Notes under the pieces: model-generated | What the model was told of the DNA's origin: nothing | The model's database searches: none | What the model saw: only the letters and a program-made list of their open reading frames with translations | Shown: positions 1 to 13,641 of the stretch, piece after piece | How the letters are laid out: each line of letters opens with the position of its first letter | Position numbering within the stretch: position 1 is the first letter of the stretch | Position numbers and translations under genes: made by a program | DNA from: Octopus bimaculoides | Taxonomy: Eukaryota | Assembly: GCF_001194135.2 (NCBI RefSeq) | Contig: NC_068987.1 | Location: forward strand, 107,897,471 to 107,961,448 | Direction of reading: 5' to 3' | Length of the DNA stretch: 63,978 nt

Positions 1-164
1 GTGTGTGTGATTATATAAGGTATAAGAGGCATTTGTACCCAGATGACCCAAGGTGGCACGTTACGATGTAAGTATTATGGAAGGGTCGTAGTTAAACTCT
101 CGGTTCGATAACGATACAAGTGAGGAGTCTAATGCGGGTCTTGTATGAGCATGTGTATGTGAAA

Positions 165-275
165 TAAAATGAGACAACAAAGCCAAGGCTGTGTGGAATT
201 TTCAGAACATTTATAGAGAGAAAGTTAGTCTTACAGTTTTTTTCTGGGATATTAGGGATATCCCTTCATTACATA
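165..275 (-). mobile_element. Penelope-like element pseudo-LTR fragment, inverted relative to the adjacent GIY-YIG relic, with a degenerate hammerhead motif
   Basis: Reverse complement aligns to 2160-2270 (aaataaaatgag(a/g)caac(a/g)aagccaaggctgtgtggaattttcag...tttctggga(t/c)attagggatat). The minus strand reads aATGA-a-gggata-tccctaa-tatccc-a-GAAA-aaaact-GTA-agac. Confidence 0.7.
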
Positions 276-412
276 TACGATAAATAACAACAACGAGAGA
301 AATAGGAATGATAATAGTAAATGTAATGTTAATAGGGCAGACCGATTTACCCCTATCTTCTGACAGTATTACCCCTTCCATTCTTGAGAATAATCTCCAC
401 AATGCACTACCA

Positions 413-830
413 TGTAACTTCCGCCCTGGGACCATCTACTCTCTACAAACCCATTGCAGAAGGCCTAATGTAATTTACAAATGCACTGTCCTGAACACGT
501 TACGCAATTCTATAACCATATATATAGGATCAATTATAAATTTTAAACATCGATACGCTGTGCATCTCTATTCCTTTTAGATACGAGAGACGGTGCTCCA
601 CAACACTTGCTAGTCACATACATGATATCAAAAATAGAAATATTCCCTACAACTTGTCGTGGTCCATAATAGATTCTGGTTTTCCATGCCAAAGTCAATA
701 GTCAGCCTGTAAGTTATGCTTAAAAGAAGCATTCCACATATTAAAACACAACTCTTCAATACTACCAAATAATTATAATAAGGTCCTAGGTACATGCGGC
801 CGCCACTTTCTTTACACCTTCAAATTTTAT
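413..830 (+). pseudogene. GIY-YIG (Uri) endonuclease relic of a Penelope-like retroelement, frameshifted
   Basis: ORF 308-580 gives C...CRRPNVIYKCTV...IYIGSIINFKHRYAVHLYSF. After a frameshift it continues RYERRCSTTLASHIHDIKNRNIPYNLSWSIID...*SACKLCLKEAFHIL...LGTCGRH. This matches the PLE GIY-YIG layout (VIY..YIG..F..RY..H..SF..ST.L..HI..W.I..C.LCL.E). Confidence 0.8.
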
Positions 831-904
831 CACAAACCTACATGCGACCTAAATAACCAAACAGCACATATCGAAAATACCTCTTAGGTAATCCGCTGGA
901 ACCC

Positions 905-1375
905 TATTTGAATTTTCATTAATTCTTTGACTCTCCAAACATGTTTTAATAATTTAATACTACATATATGGACATTCATATGTGTACGTATGCGGATATA
1001 TATGCGTATGTATATGAATATATATATGTGTGTGTGAATGCGTGTGTAAGTGTGCATGTATGCGTGTATGTGTGCACTTGTATACGTATTTGCATGTATT
1101 TCTGGGTATGCGTGGTTATGCATACATATATATGTATGTATATGTATATGTGTATATATATAAATATATGCATATGCATACATGCGTATGTATGAATATG
1201 TATACGTGTGTATATGTATATATTTGCATATGTACATGTTTGTGTGTGTGTATGTATAGGCATGCATGTGTACGGGTTTAAATACACAAGTACGCAGGCC
1301 TATATAGCAGTGCATGCTCACACACATATATGTACATGCGTGTGCGCGTGCATATATCGATATACGCTTGTTTCT
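905..1375. repeat. Degenerate (TA)/(TG)/(TATG) microsatellite tract
   Basis: Alternating purine/pyrimidine low-complexity sequence seen directly. Confidence 0.9.
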
Positions 1376-2049
1376 TTCTCCCTGAGTGCTCGATCCACAC
1401 TATCACATTAGCCAGTAGAATAAACACACAGGTCTATTTATAGAAACTTGACCGATTTTAGTATTCTTCCCTGAGGTTTTGAGATTTACTACTCACTTTA
1501 GAAATTCGCTCCGACACCTTTTTCTATACCCATCCCTGAGTCCCATCCTCGCATATCACCCCACCTCACACATCTCACACATATTCATTACTTACATTCT
1601 TATCTCTTCCTCCCCTCCCCTACACCTCTCCCATCCCGCATCCCACCTCATCATATCTTGACCACCAACTAACACTCCTTTTTCACATTTGTTTCACTTT
1701 CTTTCATTCTTTTTTTTTCTCATTTTCTCTTCCTCTTTCTTTCCTTCTTCTTTTCTCACTTTTCCTTTGACCTCTCTCCTCATTCTAACATACACATCTC
1801 TTCTCCTCTCTCTATCCACTTAATACTACCACTATATTCTCAAATTTTCGTTCACACCACAAGACTTCTTTAAATGAACAGCACATGGAATCTATATCTC
1901 CACACTTTCCATTTGTAATGAAAAATATGAACTCCTACAGGAATTTACATACCTTGAACAAGAAGCATTTCTACCACTTCTACACACCACATTCCCTGGT
2001 TAATGGAACTGCAGCTATAACATCTTTGTATATTTTTATTTTTATTTCT

Positions 2050-2270
2050 ACATTCTTTCTCCTATTTCCTTATATATTCGTTATTCCCTTTCTCTTCCAG
2101 ACAAACTCCTTATATTGAACGCTAATATTTCCTACTATTTTACAATCTCACATGGTCTCTGGCGAAGGTATATCCCTAATGTCCCAGAAACAGCTGTAAA
2201 AGGAACTTTCTCTTCATAAACGTCCTGAAAATTCCACACAGCCTTGGCTTCGTTGCCTCATTTTATTTAA
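2050..2270 (+). mobile_element. Penelope-like element pseudo-LTR (3' copy)
   Basis: Inverted-repeat partner of 165-275. It carries a hammerhead motif and lies downstream of the GIY-YIG relic. 1400-1500 also translates to a possible GIY-YIG C-terminal remnant (PVE*THRSIYRNLTDFSILP). Confidence 0.65.
2154..2203 (+). ncRNA. Minimal type I hammerhead ribozyme-like motif (one core mismatch)
   Basis: ggtct-CTGGCGA(2159-2165; consensus CTGANGA)-aggtatatccctaatgtccca-GAAA(2187-2190)-cagct-GTA(2196-2198). The palindromic stem III ACAGCTGT is typical of PLE minimal hammerheads. Confidence 0.65.
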
Positions 2271-2819
2271 CACACACACACACATACACGCACATAGATA
2301 AATAGATAGCTATATAGATATATACATAGAGAAATATATACATATAAATATATGTATATATACATATACATGTATGTATGAGATATTTTAAATGTATACT
2401 AGACACACGAGCACACAAACACAGAGGTACATATTTATTTGTTTTCGTTTTGTCTTTGTGTGTAGATCTTTTATACCGTTAAACTGTCAACTCTAGGAAC
2501 CATCAATTTTGGGCAATCGTAATTTTGTTTGACTTGTTACATGATGATGTGTGCATCGGTGGCACTTTTGTTTGTTCAATGCCGAAGTTGAAAATGATTC
2601 GGTGCTTAATTCTGGTAGTTTTTTCAGTTAACTTTCTATGCGTTTAATAAAGTGTTGTGACACGTAGCTTCCTAAATTACTCTTATCTTTTCGGAAAATA
2701 TATATGCCGTTGTAGTATTGGCAAATAATGTCATGCTATTTATTTTTGTTGCATAGAATCCATTGTGATACCACTGGATTAATTGGAATATATAAAATTG
2801 AAAGAATTAGATTATTTCA

Positions 2820-4600
2820 GTAGATAGATACAAAGTCGTCACGGAAAGTGATGCAATTAATTGCTCAAGTTGTCCACCCTAACAGCGAAAGTTTTTCTAA
2901 TTTGCAGATATATCTACACACTGTCCAAAGGCCTAATATATTTAAGGAACACATGTGTTTTGCAAGGATGGTGTGCACAAAATACAAGAGTCATGTGATT
3001 TTTATGAGCTCCCACGACAATGGACGTTCGAAAAAGACTCTGCTAAGCACAGGAAATCAAATAAGACAGCTGTTGGTTACTAAGCATGCTAAATTGCAAA
3101 TCCCCATCTACTCTTGCATAAGTACAAAAGCATTACTTCAGAAGCAAATCTGAGCCAAACCAGAATCTGAACGACATTATATAAATGGAATTTTGCCCTG
3201 GAAATTGCATGCTTTACTCGCTCTGTCACGTCGTGTGCAGGCACTGAATAACATATTGATTAACTACGTATCGGATACAGGGGAAGAACAAAATTTGTCT
3301 TCGAAGCTTTTCAGGAGGCCAACTTCAAACTTTATTCCTGATGTGAATGAAAATTAACTTCGAGTGGTGCCTGAGAAATATAGAAAATGAGAACAGAGCA
3401 CTATTCATCATATATACTACTAAAGACATAGACGAGAAATTTTGAATGAAATTCTTGCTTGAAAAAGCTCACTAAAAGTAGCACGTTGCATTCCATGGAA
3501 CTTTAAGTGTAAATTCTGTAAAGTGTCTGGATCATGGAAGAATTACAAAATCCATCATTACACTGTATCAAGACAGCAGTCATGGCCTAAAACAAGGAAG
3601 GATAACGAGTTCTTGAAAAGATAAAATTTGGTCATCTCAGAGGAAGCAACTATCAGTCACAAAAGGCCAGTTGATACCATGAACCGATTCAGGCATGAAC
3701 TCTAATAAAACACATGAGATTTTATATCAAGCAAATCTGGTCAATGGTGGTCAGATCAATGCTTGATTCAAATGTTACTCTCTGGTCCAGTCAAACATTT
3801 ACCACCAAATACAACTGTATTTTACTAGTGATAGTGATGAGAATGTAATACAGATATTTAAAGTGGGAAATAAAGTCACTGAACAGGATTTCAGCGAAGA
3901 GATTCCGTTGTCCTTGGGCCACATCATTGAAACAATAACCAACCGTCCGTTCTTTCTAACACATATATCAGACACTTTTATCGCCTAACGGTCCTGTATA
4001 TGAATAATCAAGAACAGAAAGATGCTGCTTCCAAAGAAACCAACACAAAGCTACTGAACATGCTCTTCAAACAGAAAAGATGTTAAACATCTATAAATAC
4101 AGCTGCTTTGCATGACCGTATTATAAATCGTCCAACCGATTTTCTGAACAACTTCGAAACAGCAGGAATCCGTTCACACAATCGGATACTTAAACTTGGG
4201 GCATTAATTATGCTATAATTTAAACTAGACACTCCAAAACTTCGTAATGGCTCACAGTTCATCATTAAAATATTATGCGTAATAAAATGGATGTTATAAT
4301 CATGCAAGAGTTATTTGCTAGTGCAAATAACTCTTGCATGATTATAGCATCTAATTTTAATGTAGAAAACAGCTGAAGCAAACAGGTTTGCCGTATGAAA
4401 TTCAAAGGATACGAATTCTGTCAGATACAGTTTCACAATGAATATCAATAAATCTCAAGGAAAATTATAGAATGAATTTGAATGGAAGCTAGGAGAACCT
4501 GACTTTTCACATCGTCTGTTTTATAATGCAACTTTAAGAGTTGGGAACACTGACTGTAACTTCTTTGTAATACTACATAGCAAAACCAAGTACATCTCGA
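2820..4600 (+). mobile_element. Helitron RepHel relic (post-Rep region plus PIF1-like helicase), heavily decayed
   Basis: Translated patches: QVVHPNSESF..LQIYLHTVQRPNIF (cf. VHP..E.FYLRLLLH.V.GPTSF); LVISEEATISHKR (DE motif); PTDFLNNFETAGIRSHNRILKLGALIML*FKLDTPKLRNGS (cf. YPTEFLNSL...PPH.L.LKVG.PIMLLRNL.PP.LCNGT); TMNINKSQG; DFSHRLFYNATLRVG (cf. FSHGQLYVA.SRV). Many stops and frameshifts. Confidence 0.85.
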
Positions 4601-5172
4601 GATCTTGACCAGAACAAATAAATGGACGAGATGATTTTAGTATAAATTCGACAAAGTTGCTTCTTCCATACTCATATAATTTGTGATGCATGACGAACTC
4701 GACAAAGAGCTGCGAAGAAACAAAGGTATTGTTTGATAAAAAGTAGGCGCAGGGTATTGTCGGATACTCATGTAAGTGAACAGATATATACATATACGAA
4801 TGCATATATGCATGCACATTCACATCTCCACATGCACACACACACGTACGCAGAAATATATATATATGTACACATAAACAAGTACGAAGAAAATATGTAC
4901 GCATATATGTGTGTGTGTATGTGTGTGTGTTTGTGTGTGTGCGTGTGTGTGCGTGTGCGTGTGTGCATGTGTATGTATGTATCTCTGTATTCAATTTATT
5001 TCAAGATTTCTTGTCAATAAAGGAGAAAACCTGTTTCGAACCTAGATCCAAGGCTCCTTCATTGGAATTTCAACATCAACAACAGGGTATGTATGTATGT
5101 ATGTATGTATGTATGTATGTATGTATGTATGTATGTGTTTCGCAGCCACCGCCAAGATGGGCAACCCCTTAG

Positions 5173-5312
5173 TCTTATCAGTATAGGTGCGAAACTGAGC
5201 ATTACCATTCTGGTTGATAACTGATGAAGAATTCAGGGCCCTCTATATCTTGTACGGATACGCTTTTTTTTTATCTCTCGTTGTTTATTTACAATGCATA
5301 TTTTCATTAATT
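5173..5312 (+). repeat. Dispersed copy of a roughly 130-bp repeat family also present at 49205-49334 and 49589-49714
   Basis: tcttatcagt...GAAActg...gg(t/c)(t/c)gataaCTGATGAagaatt...aatgcat..tttcatt(a/t)att aligns by eye with both arms at 49.2-49.7 kb. Confidence 0.6.
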
Positions 5313-5864
5313 AGTAACGGAAAGCATAACACACACAACGAAAGAGAGCTGAATTTCGTCGCTGGAAAATGATTCAGTGATTTTGCTTCTAACGTTAAAT
5401 ATCTGTATAGCATTTATATCATTCTACATTTTATACTATTTATATGTTGTCGCTAAGATGACATAATTATCTTGAGTGAACTATTTGTAGTTAATAATGC
5501 AGCGTAAATGTTTATATAAATTTAAATAATTTCAGGTTAAAACATGCACCAAAACAATGTAAGATATTTGAAACGTTTATTTTTTAATATAGTATATAAA
5601 GAAAGGATGCCTGGCCATATGGTGTAGCGAGTGTTTGTGGTGTAGTATACAAGAAACAACTTCTGTGTCTGAAAATGTGAGTTAAAGTAGAATTGACATC
5701 CCGAAGGATTACATTTATATTTTTTTTCTTTACCAGCAAACGAACGTACTAAGTATATGCAGTACATTAATTTTCATTATATATTTGCACAGCAAGAAGT
5801 ACTTCGCATACAAAGGACAAAGCCAAATTGGCTGAAAATAGATTTACGTACATCAAACATCCCT

Positions 5865-5881
5865 CACACACACAAACACAA

Positions 5882-5945
<64 letters not shown>

Positions 5946-6503
5946 NNNNNNNNNNNNNNNNNNNNNNNNNNNNNNNNNNNNNNNNNNNNNNNNNNNNNNN
6001 NNNNNNNNNNNNNNNNNNNNNNNNNNNNNNNNNNNNNNNNNNNNNNNNNNNNNNNNNNNNNNNNNNNNNNNNNNNNNNNNNNNNNNNNNNNNNNNNNNNN
6101 NNNNNNNNNNNNNNNNNNNNNNNNNNNNNNNNNNNNNNNNNNNNNNNNNNNNNNNNNNNNNNNNNNNNNNNNNNNNNNNNNNNNNNNNNNNNNNNNNNNN
6201 NNNNNNNNNNNNNNNNNNNNNNNNNNNNNNNNNNNNNNNNNNNNNNNNNNNNNNNNNNNNNNNNNNNNNNNNNNNNNNNNNNNNNNNNNNNNNNNNNNNN
6301 NNNNNNNNNNNNNNNNNNNNNNNNNNNNNNNNNNNNNNNNNNNNNNNNNNNNNNNNNNNNNNNNNNNNNNNNNNNNNNNNNNNNNNNNNNNNNNTATATA
6401 ATATATATATATATATATGCACACGCACTCTTGCAGACTTCTCTGATTGTATCTATGTGTCCATTGTAGCTTAGCCGCACACAGACACACACATATGCAC
6501 ATG

Positions 6504-6540
<37 letters not shown>
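5865..6540. repeat. (CA)n/(TA)n microsatellites flanking an N-gap
   Basis: Seen directly; gap 5946-6394. Confidence 0.95.
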
Positions 6541-6839
6541 ATTAACGGGTGAGTGTTTATAATAAAAGCGTATTTCTGTGCTTAAGATGAACTGAAAAAT
6601 GTGGTGTGTTAATTTGAAATCTTAAGTAATTTTGAATTCTGCACCGAATATGGTCGATATTCATCTTGATACGAAATCTGATATGCTGGTTCTAAGCAGT
6701 TAACCCCATAAACCTTTTGCTATTTCTCGTTTACAAATTTCCACTAATCCTCTGAGCCTAATTAGATATGAGAATTCATGGGAAAATTATAGAAATATTC
6801 ATCGCAACCAACGCAAATACTATCGCGACAATCACATTA

Positions 6840-6952
6840 ATTATGATGATAATGATGATGATGACGACGACGACGATAATGATGATGATGATGATCATCA
6901 TCATCATCACCATCATCATCACCATCACCACCATCATCATCATCATCATCGA
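6840..6952. repeat. (GAT)/(GAC)/(CAT) trinucleotide tract
   Basis: Seen directly. Confidence 0.9.
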
Positions 6953-7194
6953 TGAGCCAGCAAATCTTTGACGTGCTCTCTCGACTTGCTATGACTACCA
7001 GCCGTTTTTCCTTCAAATCACGCCATGTTGTTTTTTAAAAGAGTCGCATTGAGTAAGGTCTTACTTAGCTTCACTCTGTCTCAAAATAAAATGGGTTGCC
7101 AAAGCAGTCGAAAACTGACCAGGAGGTAGTAAATAGATATTTAATTAATTATATCCTACTGTCCAGAATGATGTTCATATAATTCTCAATGAAT

Positions 7195-7849
<655 letters not shown>

Positions 7850-8399
7850 GAGTGAGACAACAGGGCATGCCATCAAAGTGACACTGGGGTAAAATATATG
7901 AAGCCCATTATACCCATCATGACTACCCGTCTGATAAGGGTACACGAGGCACATGCATCCCAACCATATGTATGCGACATGGTGAACTCATATCAAGATA
8001 AACAGCGCATAGTCTCGTAGGTGGGACCCGGTTAGAATTTTCTTCAGGTTGAGTAGCCTATCCTGCTCAAAAGGTCCCTGAATAAGGTTTGTTTACGGAT
8101 GTTGAGCAAAACACCCATGTTTCCAAAGGTGAATTATTCAAACCTCAAAGAATTCCTCTCAACACATGGCTATGATGCTCCCCACTACTTCTGCTTATGA
8201 TCAGAAATGCACATATCGTCACCCACCAAGGGACATGCTCAACTTGTTACGGTCAAACAACTGACAAGAAAATCTGTGGTATTAAGCAGAATATTTGCTG
8301 TAGCCCATCTTTTTGTACCAAGACAAAACAATATACATGATAACACTTCCAATCAATTAAGATCAGAAGCCATGAGAGCTACTGCCTGGTACTGCATCC

Positions 8400-8400
<1 letters not shown>
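7850..8400 (-). mobile_element. 551-bp unique-complexity element embedded exactly between two (ATT)n/(TAA)n arrays; putative non-autonomous retroposon
   Basis: Sharp boundaries: ...attattatt|gagtgagacaac (7850) and ...actgcatcct|attattatt (8401). No TIR and no recognisable ORF. On the minus strand it ends in ...ctc-aataataat. Strand and class are inferred. Confidence 0.5.
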
Positions 8401-8472
<72 letters not shown>

Positions 8473-8600
8473 GTTGTTGTTGTTGTTGTTGTTATTATTA
8501 TTATTATTGTTGTTATTGCCATTATTATTACCATCATTATCATCATCATGATCATAATCATCACATTCATCATCATCATCATTATCATAGTTATTATTTA
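8401..8600. repeat. (ATT)n grading into (GTT)/(CAT)
   Basis: Seen directly. Confidence 0.95.
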
Positions 8601-8984
8601 CTCATATTTGGCCTTGGACCAATTTCGACATTCCTTATTATTTATGAGCTTAAGATTCCACATGTGAGATCTTTTTTTTCATAATTACATATTGAAAGTC
8701 GACACTAAATATTGCAAATTTCACAGCAGATATATTCTCAAAATATCCAATTATGACATTTAACATTAAAACGGTGGACTAGGATTAGCAGAATATTTAG
8801 AGCTTCGGTTCAAATTATAATGATTTTTTTAACGTCCATTATTAGGTCGATATATTTAAGTGAGAATCAACTATTTAGGATCGTTTTAAATGAGCGTCTA
8901 TTCGACAGAATATGTGACCTGTTTATGTTAAAAATTATTATCAAAAGCTAAATCAGAGTTTGTTGTTTGTTTCTTCTGGAGCCA

Positions 8985-9265
8985 AGCGTGTTTCATAAGG
9001 GCCGGTTTCCTGGTTTCATTCACGTGTAGGTTCTCCACCTGGATGGGATCTCGATCCATTGCAGGTGAGCAGTTAGACGCAGGAAGAAAGAGTTAAATAA
9101 AGTTGTGGTGAAAGAGTCAGCAGAGTTTCACAGTTACCTTCTGCTGGAGCCTTGTGGTGCTTATGTGTTTCGCACATAAACACACACATAGCCCGGTTTG
9201 AGATTCAAACCCACGATCCCACGACCGCGTGTCCTCTTCTGTAACCACTAGGCCAATGTGCCTCC
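8985..9265 (-). mobile_element. SINE family A head and body joined to an alternative 3' tail, diverged
   Basis: Minus strand starts ggaggcacattggcctagtggttac... as in 40764. Homology to family A ends near 9085; 8985-9085 differs from the standard A tail. Confidence 0.7.
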
Positions 9266-9392
9266 GCACAATTCTGAGTTTATGTTACAAATTATCATCA
9301 AAACCAACAAGTCTGACAGAATCAGTAATGTACATAAGCTTTAATAATTATGGTTCAAGCATTCGTTACTCATTTTTCAGTTATTAGAGATA

Positions 9393-10194
9393 CAGGGTGT
9401 TCGGCCACAATCTGACAGTTTGCATGAAACTAGACTGAGACATAGCATTACATCCAAAAATAAAAGCATTTTCAAAAATTAAGACCTACATTATGGCTGG
9501 TAGATAACAGTTTGCTCAAAGAAGTAGCAATCATCTCCCACCACGGCATCCACACTGATCCGGAACACGGTGCATGCGTTGCTCACTGTGTCACAGAGAA
9601 AATCTTAAAACAAATCCCTCGGCTTGGCCACCACTTTGGCTTTGGTGTTTCAAGGAGAGCGGTTGGTACCGACATCAATCTCGCCTCATATATAGTAATT
9701 CATCAGATTCCAATCTGGGGAATTAGGGGGTCACTAACTGAGGTTGATGAACTTCCACGACAAATACTTCTGACATTTTCCGGAGGCATGACATTGCACC
9801 GTATATTGCTGGCACACATGGCCATCTGAATTGAACTTAAGACCATGTTCAAGGATATTGGGATGGATCCCGACGTGTGGCCGTAGTCAGAGCACTCTCC
9901 ATAGGCTTCATAGTCTCGAATGTAACTTTCCATGACATTCCTTACATCTATAACAGTGTTTTTAGAAAGTACTGAGGAGCAGTCATGATGGCAATATCAA
10001 ACTCGGTGCGAATCATCATGATATAGGTATTTCTTTTCCAATATTCACATAGATTCCAGTTCTACACGTGAGCTAACATTTTCTTAATTACAACTTTCAT
10101 CTTTGTTCTTTCCAAAGCTGTTCATTGTTCATCAATATATCAAGATGTTCTTGAGAAAGGAAAGTATAAAAATTTTCCGAGTCCGAAAACCCTG
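9393..10194 (-). mobile_element. Internally deleted Tc1/mariner element (maT-like) with short TIRs and TA target
   Basis: TA-CAGGGTGTTCGG at 9391-9404 and the reverse complement of 10183-10196 (TACAGGGTTTTCGG) form TIRs. The minus strand encodes LS*PPNSPDWNLMNYYI*GEIDVGTNRSP*NTKAKV...NACTVFRISVDAVVGDDCYFFE (cf. WPPNSPDLNP.DY..W; C-terminus AC..FR..AVV...G.YFE), directly after an N-terminal-like segment. Confidence 0.8.
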
Positions 10195-10397
10195 TACACA
10201 CACACACATACACACACATACACACACAAACAAATGCAAAACACACAGACACACACATGTATATATATACTATATTAGTTGCCTATGTTAATTATATAGA
10301 TATATATTACATCAGCTGTTTATATTAATTATATATATACACACACACACATGTATGTACACACACACACACACTCACTCACACATACACACACGCG

Positions 10398-10429
<32 letters not shown>

Positions 10430-11084
10430 AAATGCCTTCACAAAACATACTATGGAGCTGACGGAATCATTTAAATTCTAAGCTAGCTATCAGAGGTACG
10501 CCGTTTACTTTAAGATCTTTCTTTTCTCTTTATTACATAAACGACGCTCTTTCGTATATGAAATGAACGTCACGTGCCTTTGAAGTGGCATAAATGAATA
10601 TAACATTTGTCTTTAACTCTGATTTGAGAATATTCTTAACACTACTAATCGCTTTTAAAATTATAATATAATTTTTTTCTTCAGTATTTCTTTCCGTCAT
10701 TTGAGCTACGATTCTGTTCAAACGTAATATTTAAAAGCGGTTATATCCGCCATCTTTTGACATATCATTCACAATATGTCTACTAAAGCGGAAATGATAA
10801 GTAAAAAGCTTTTCATTTCACTGGAAAATTCGAAAACAAATTGAGTGGTATATTTTAATATTTTATTGTCTATATTTTCCTCTTCTAAAATATTTCTATA
10901 TTTATTTAGTTAAATATCTTCTGGCGCTCAAACACTTGATCTCTCTTTTTTTTCTCTCTGTCTGTCTCTCATTATCTATTTCTCTATATCAGAGTAATTT
11001 TCGTTTCTCTTTCTCTTCCACTCCACTCTCATCCTAAGTTACTATATTCTAAACTGTCTTCCATCTTTTTTTTACTCTCCTAGT

Positions 11085-11175
11085 ATCATACACATACGTT
11101 TCTATACAATTGTTTATGGATATATGTACGTGCGTACGTACGTACACACACGCACACATACACACACACACACAC

Positions 11176-11222
<47 letters not shown>

Positions 11223-11379
11223 NNNNNNNNNNNNNNNNNNNNNNNNNNNNNNNNNNNNNNNNNNNNNNNNNNNNNNNNNNNNNNNNNNNNNNNNNNNNNN
11301 NNNNNNNNNNNNNNNNNNNNNNNNNNNNNNNNNNNNNNNNNNNNNNNNNNNNNNNNNNNNNNNNNNNNNNNNNNNNNNN

Positions 11380-11448
<69 letters not shown>

Positions 11449-11570
11449 GCACATAATTCTGGATAGGTATGTCTATGTGCATGATATCTATGTATATATC
11501 ATATAATGGTTATACAAATATATGTTAGGTATATACATATATATTTTATACGTTATATACGAATATACAT

Positions 11571-11603
<33 letters not shown>

Positions 11604-12070
11604 CATATATATATATTTGCTTGTTTTTGTGTATACATATAGGCACATCTATACATTGCCTACATATATACGTACACTCAAACACACACACAAATACATA
11701 CATACACATACATACACAGGCACACATACACTCAGGCCCACACGCAAACACACACACACAGACACACACATAAACACACACACCCACACACACACATACA
11801 CGCATATATGAAATTTTGATTTCGCGATATATAAATCGCAAAATCAATGTTTCATATGATTTTTTTGAGGTAAAAACGGAGATTAAGAGTATAATAAAAA
11901 TGGAAATAATTAGCACATACAAATACAAACACCTTCACACACACATATATATATACATATATATATACATATATATATATACACGTGTGTGTATATGTGT
12001 TTGTCTTTGTATGTGTGGGCGCACGTGTATGTGTGTGAATGTGAGTGGATACGAGTGTTTTATGAGCGAC
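11085..12070. repeat. Mixed (CA)/(TA)/(TG) microsatellite block with gap
   Basis: Seen directly; gap 11223-11379. Confidence 0.9.
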
Positions 12071-12418
12071 TAATAAAAATGAAAATAATTAGTACGGAGT
12101 AACGGTTATATACACAATTATATATTTGTTATTTGTTTAATCTTTTCCAATTTTTGTTCCCTAAATCATATCAATTTCTTATGTTTTGTCATTGTTTCTT
12201 CAATTTATTTTCTTCCCATTTCTTTGCTAATGTTTTGAAGAAAAGACATTTTTAAAAAATTCTTTTTATTCTCTGTCTTTCTTCTGACATATCATTTCCA
12301 TCTCTCTTTTAAATCTCGTACATCTCCACCACAAACTCTGTCTCTCTTAGCGTCTTATCAAAATATTAGTCCTCCACGAATGTAAGACTACAATAATATA
12401 TGTGTGCGTGCGTGCGTG

Positions 12419-12449
<31 letters not shown>

Positions 12450-12561
12450 CATACTCCCATACACACAAAGATGTATGTATGCATGAATGTAAATATAGAT
12501 AAAGAGATATATATACACATATGTACACACATACATGCATATATGTATATATGTATATATG

Positions 12562-12597
<36 letters not shown>

Positions 12598-13574
12598 TGG
12601 GATGATTTACGAAAAAAACAACAGACGAATATATATATATATGTATATACATAAATATCTGTATATATGTGTGTATGGGTGCTTATGTGTGCGAGCGTCT
12701 GTATATGTATGTGTATAGACTGATAATTCTACATATATATATTCGTCAATATTTTTTTCATTATTTCTCCCATCGTTATCTCCCTCATATTCCTATTTCT
12801 TTCATTCGATTTCTCTCTTTCACACTTTGAATCTCTCCAGTATTATATTTATTGTAACTGCATCCTCCATTTTGCCTCAATTTCTATTATCCTCTCAACC
12901 CCACCACCTAATTGTTTCCCTCTCTTCTTGTTTTTAATTTTATATGTTTCCGACACAACTTTCCATCTTTTCCTAACTCTGTGTATTTTTCATTCTGTCA
13001 TGCTTTCTTATCTCACCTCCTTTATTTCTTCGCTCATTCTACTCCTTTCCGCATCACTCTATCTATTTAATATCTCTTTCAAATTCCTTGACTCTCTCAA
13101 ACCACTCCTTACATCACTCAGTAGCTTTTATCAGCCATTTTCTCTTATTTCTTTTCTACAATCGATCACACCCACACATTCACCCAATAAACATTGTTTT
13201 GGTATATTGCTGACTCGACGTCTTATATGAAATCTTTTCTCTACGCTATTCATTTCGAATTTTTTTGTCCATTAGTATCAATAATATTGTGCTCCAGTCA
13301 CCCTAATCGATCTACAAAAGCGTTCATCGATCGCATTGTATCGGTTATTATTCTTGTTAACGAAGAATTATCAAATACGAAAACACTACGATCTAAGTAA
13401 CACACATTTCCCCAAAATACTGAGATTTTTTTTCCTGCAATATGTATATAAATATATCAATGTAATATATTTTTGTCTGTTTGAGAATTTCTTTAAGCTA
13501 GTGTGCAAATTCTAAGCACACACGCACACAAACACACACACTCACGTACGCATACACGAACACACACACTACAC

Positions 13575-13640
<66 letters not shown>

Positions 13641-13641
<1 letters not shown>

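Noticed and set aside
5021-5088. Minus-strand ccAATGA-aggagccttggatctaggttc-GAAAcagg, a hammerhead-like layout
   Set aside because: Two core mismatches, poor stem II and no clear NUH/stem I; at most a decayed pLTR.
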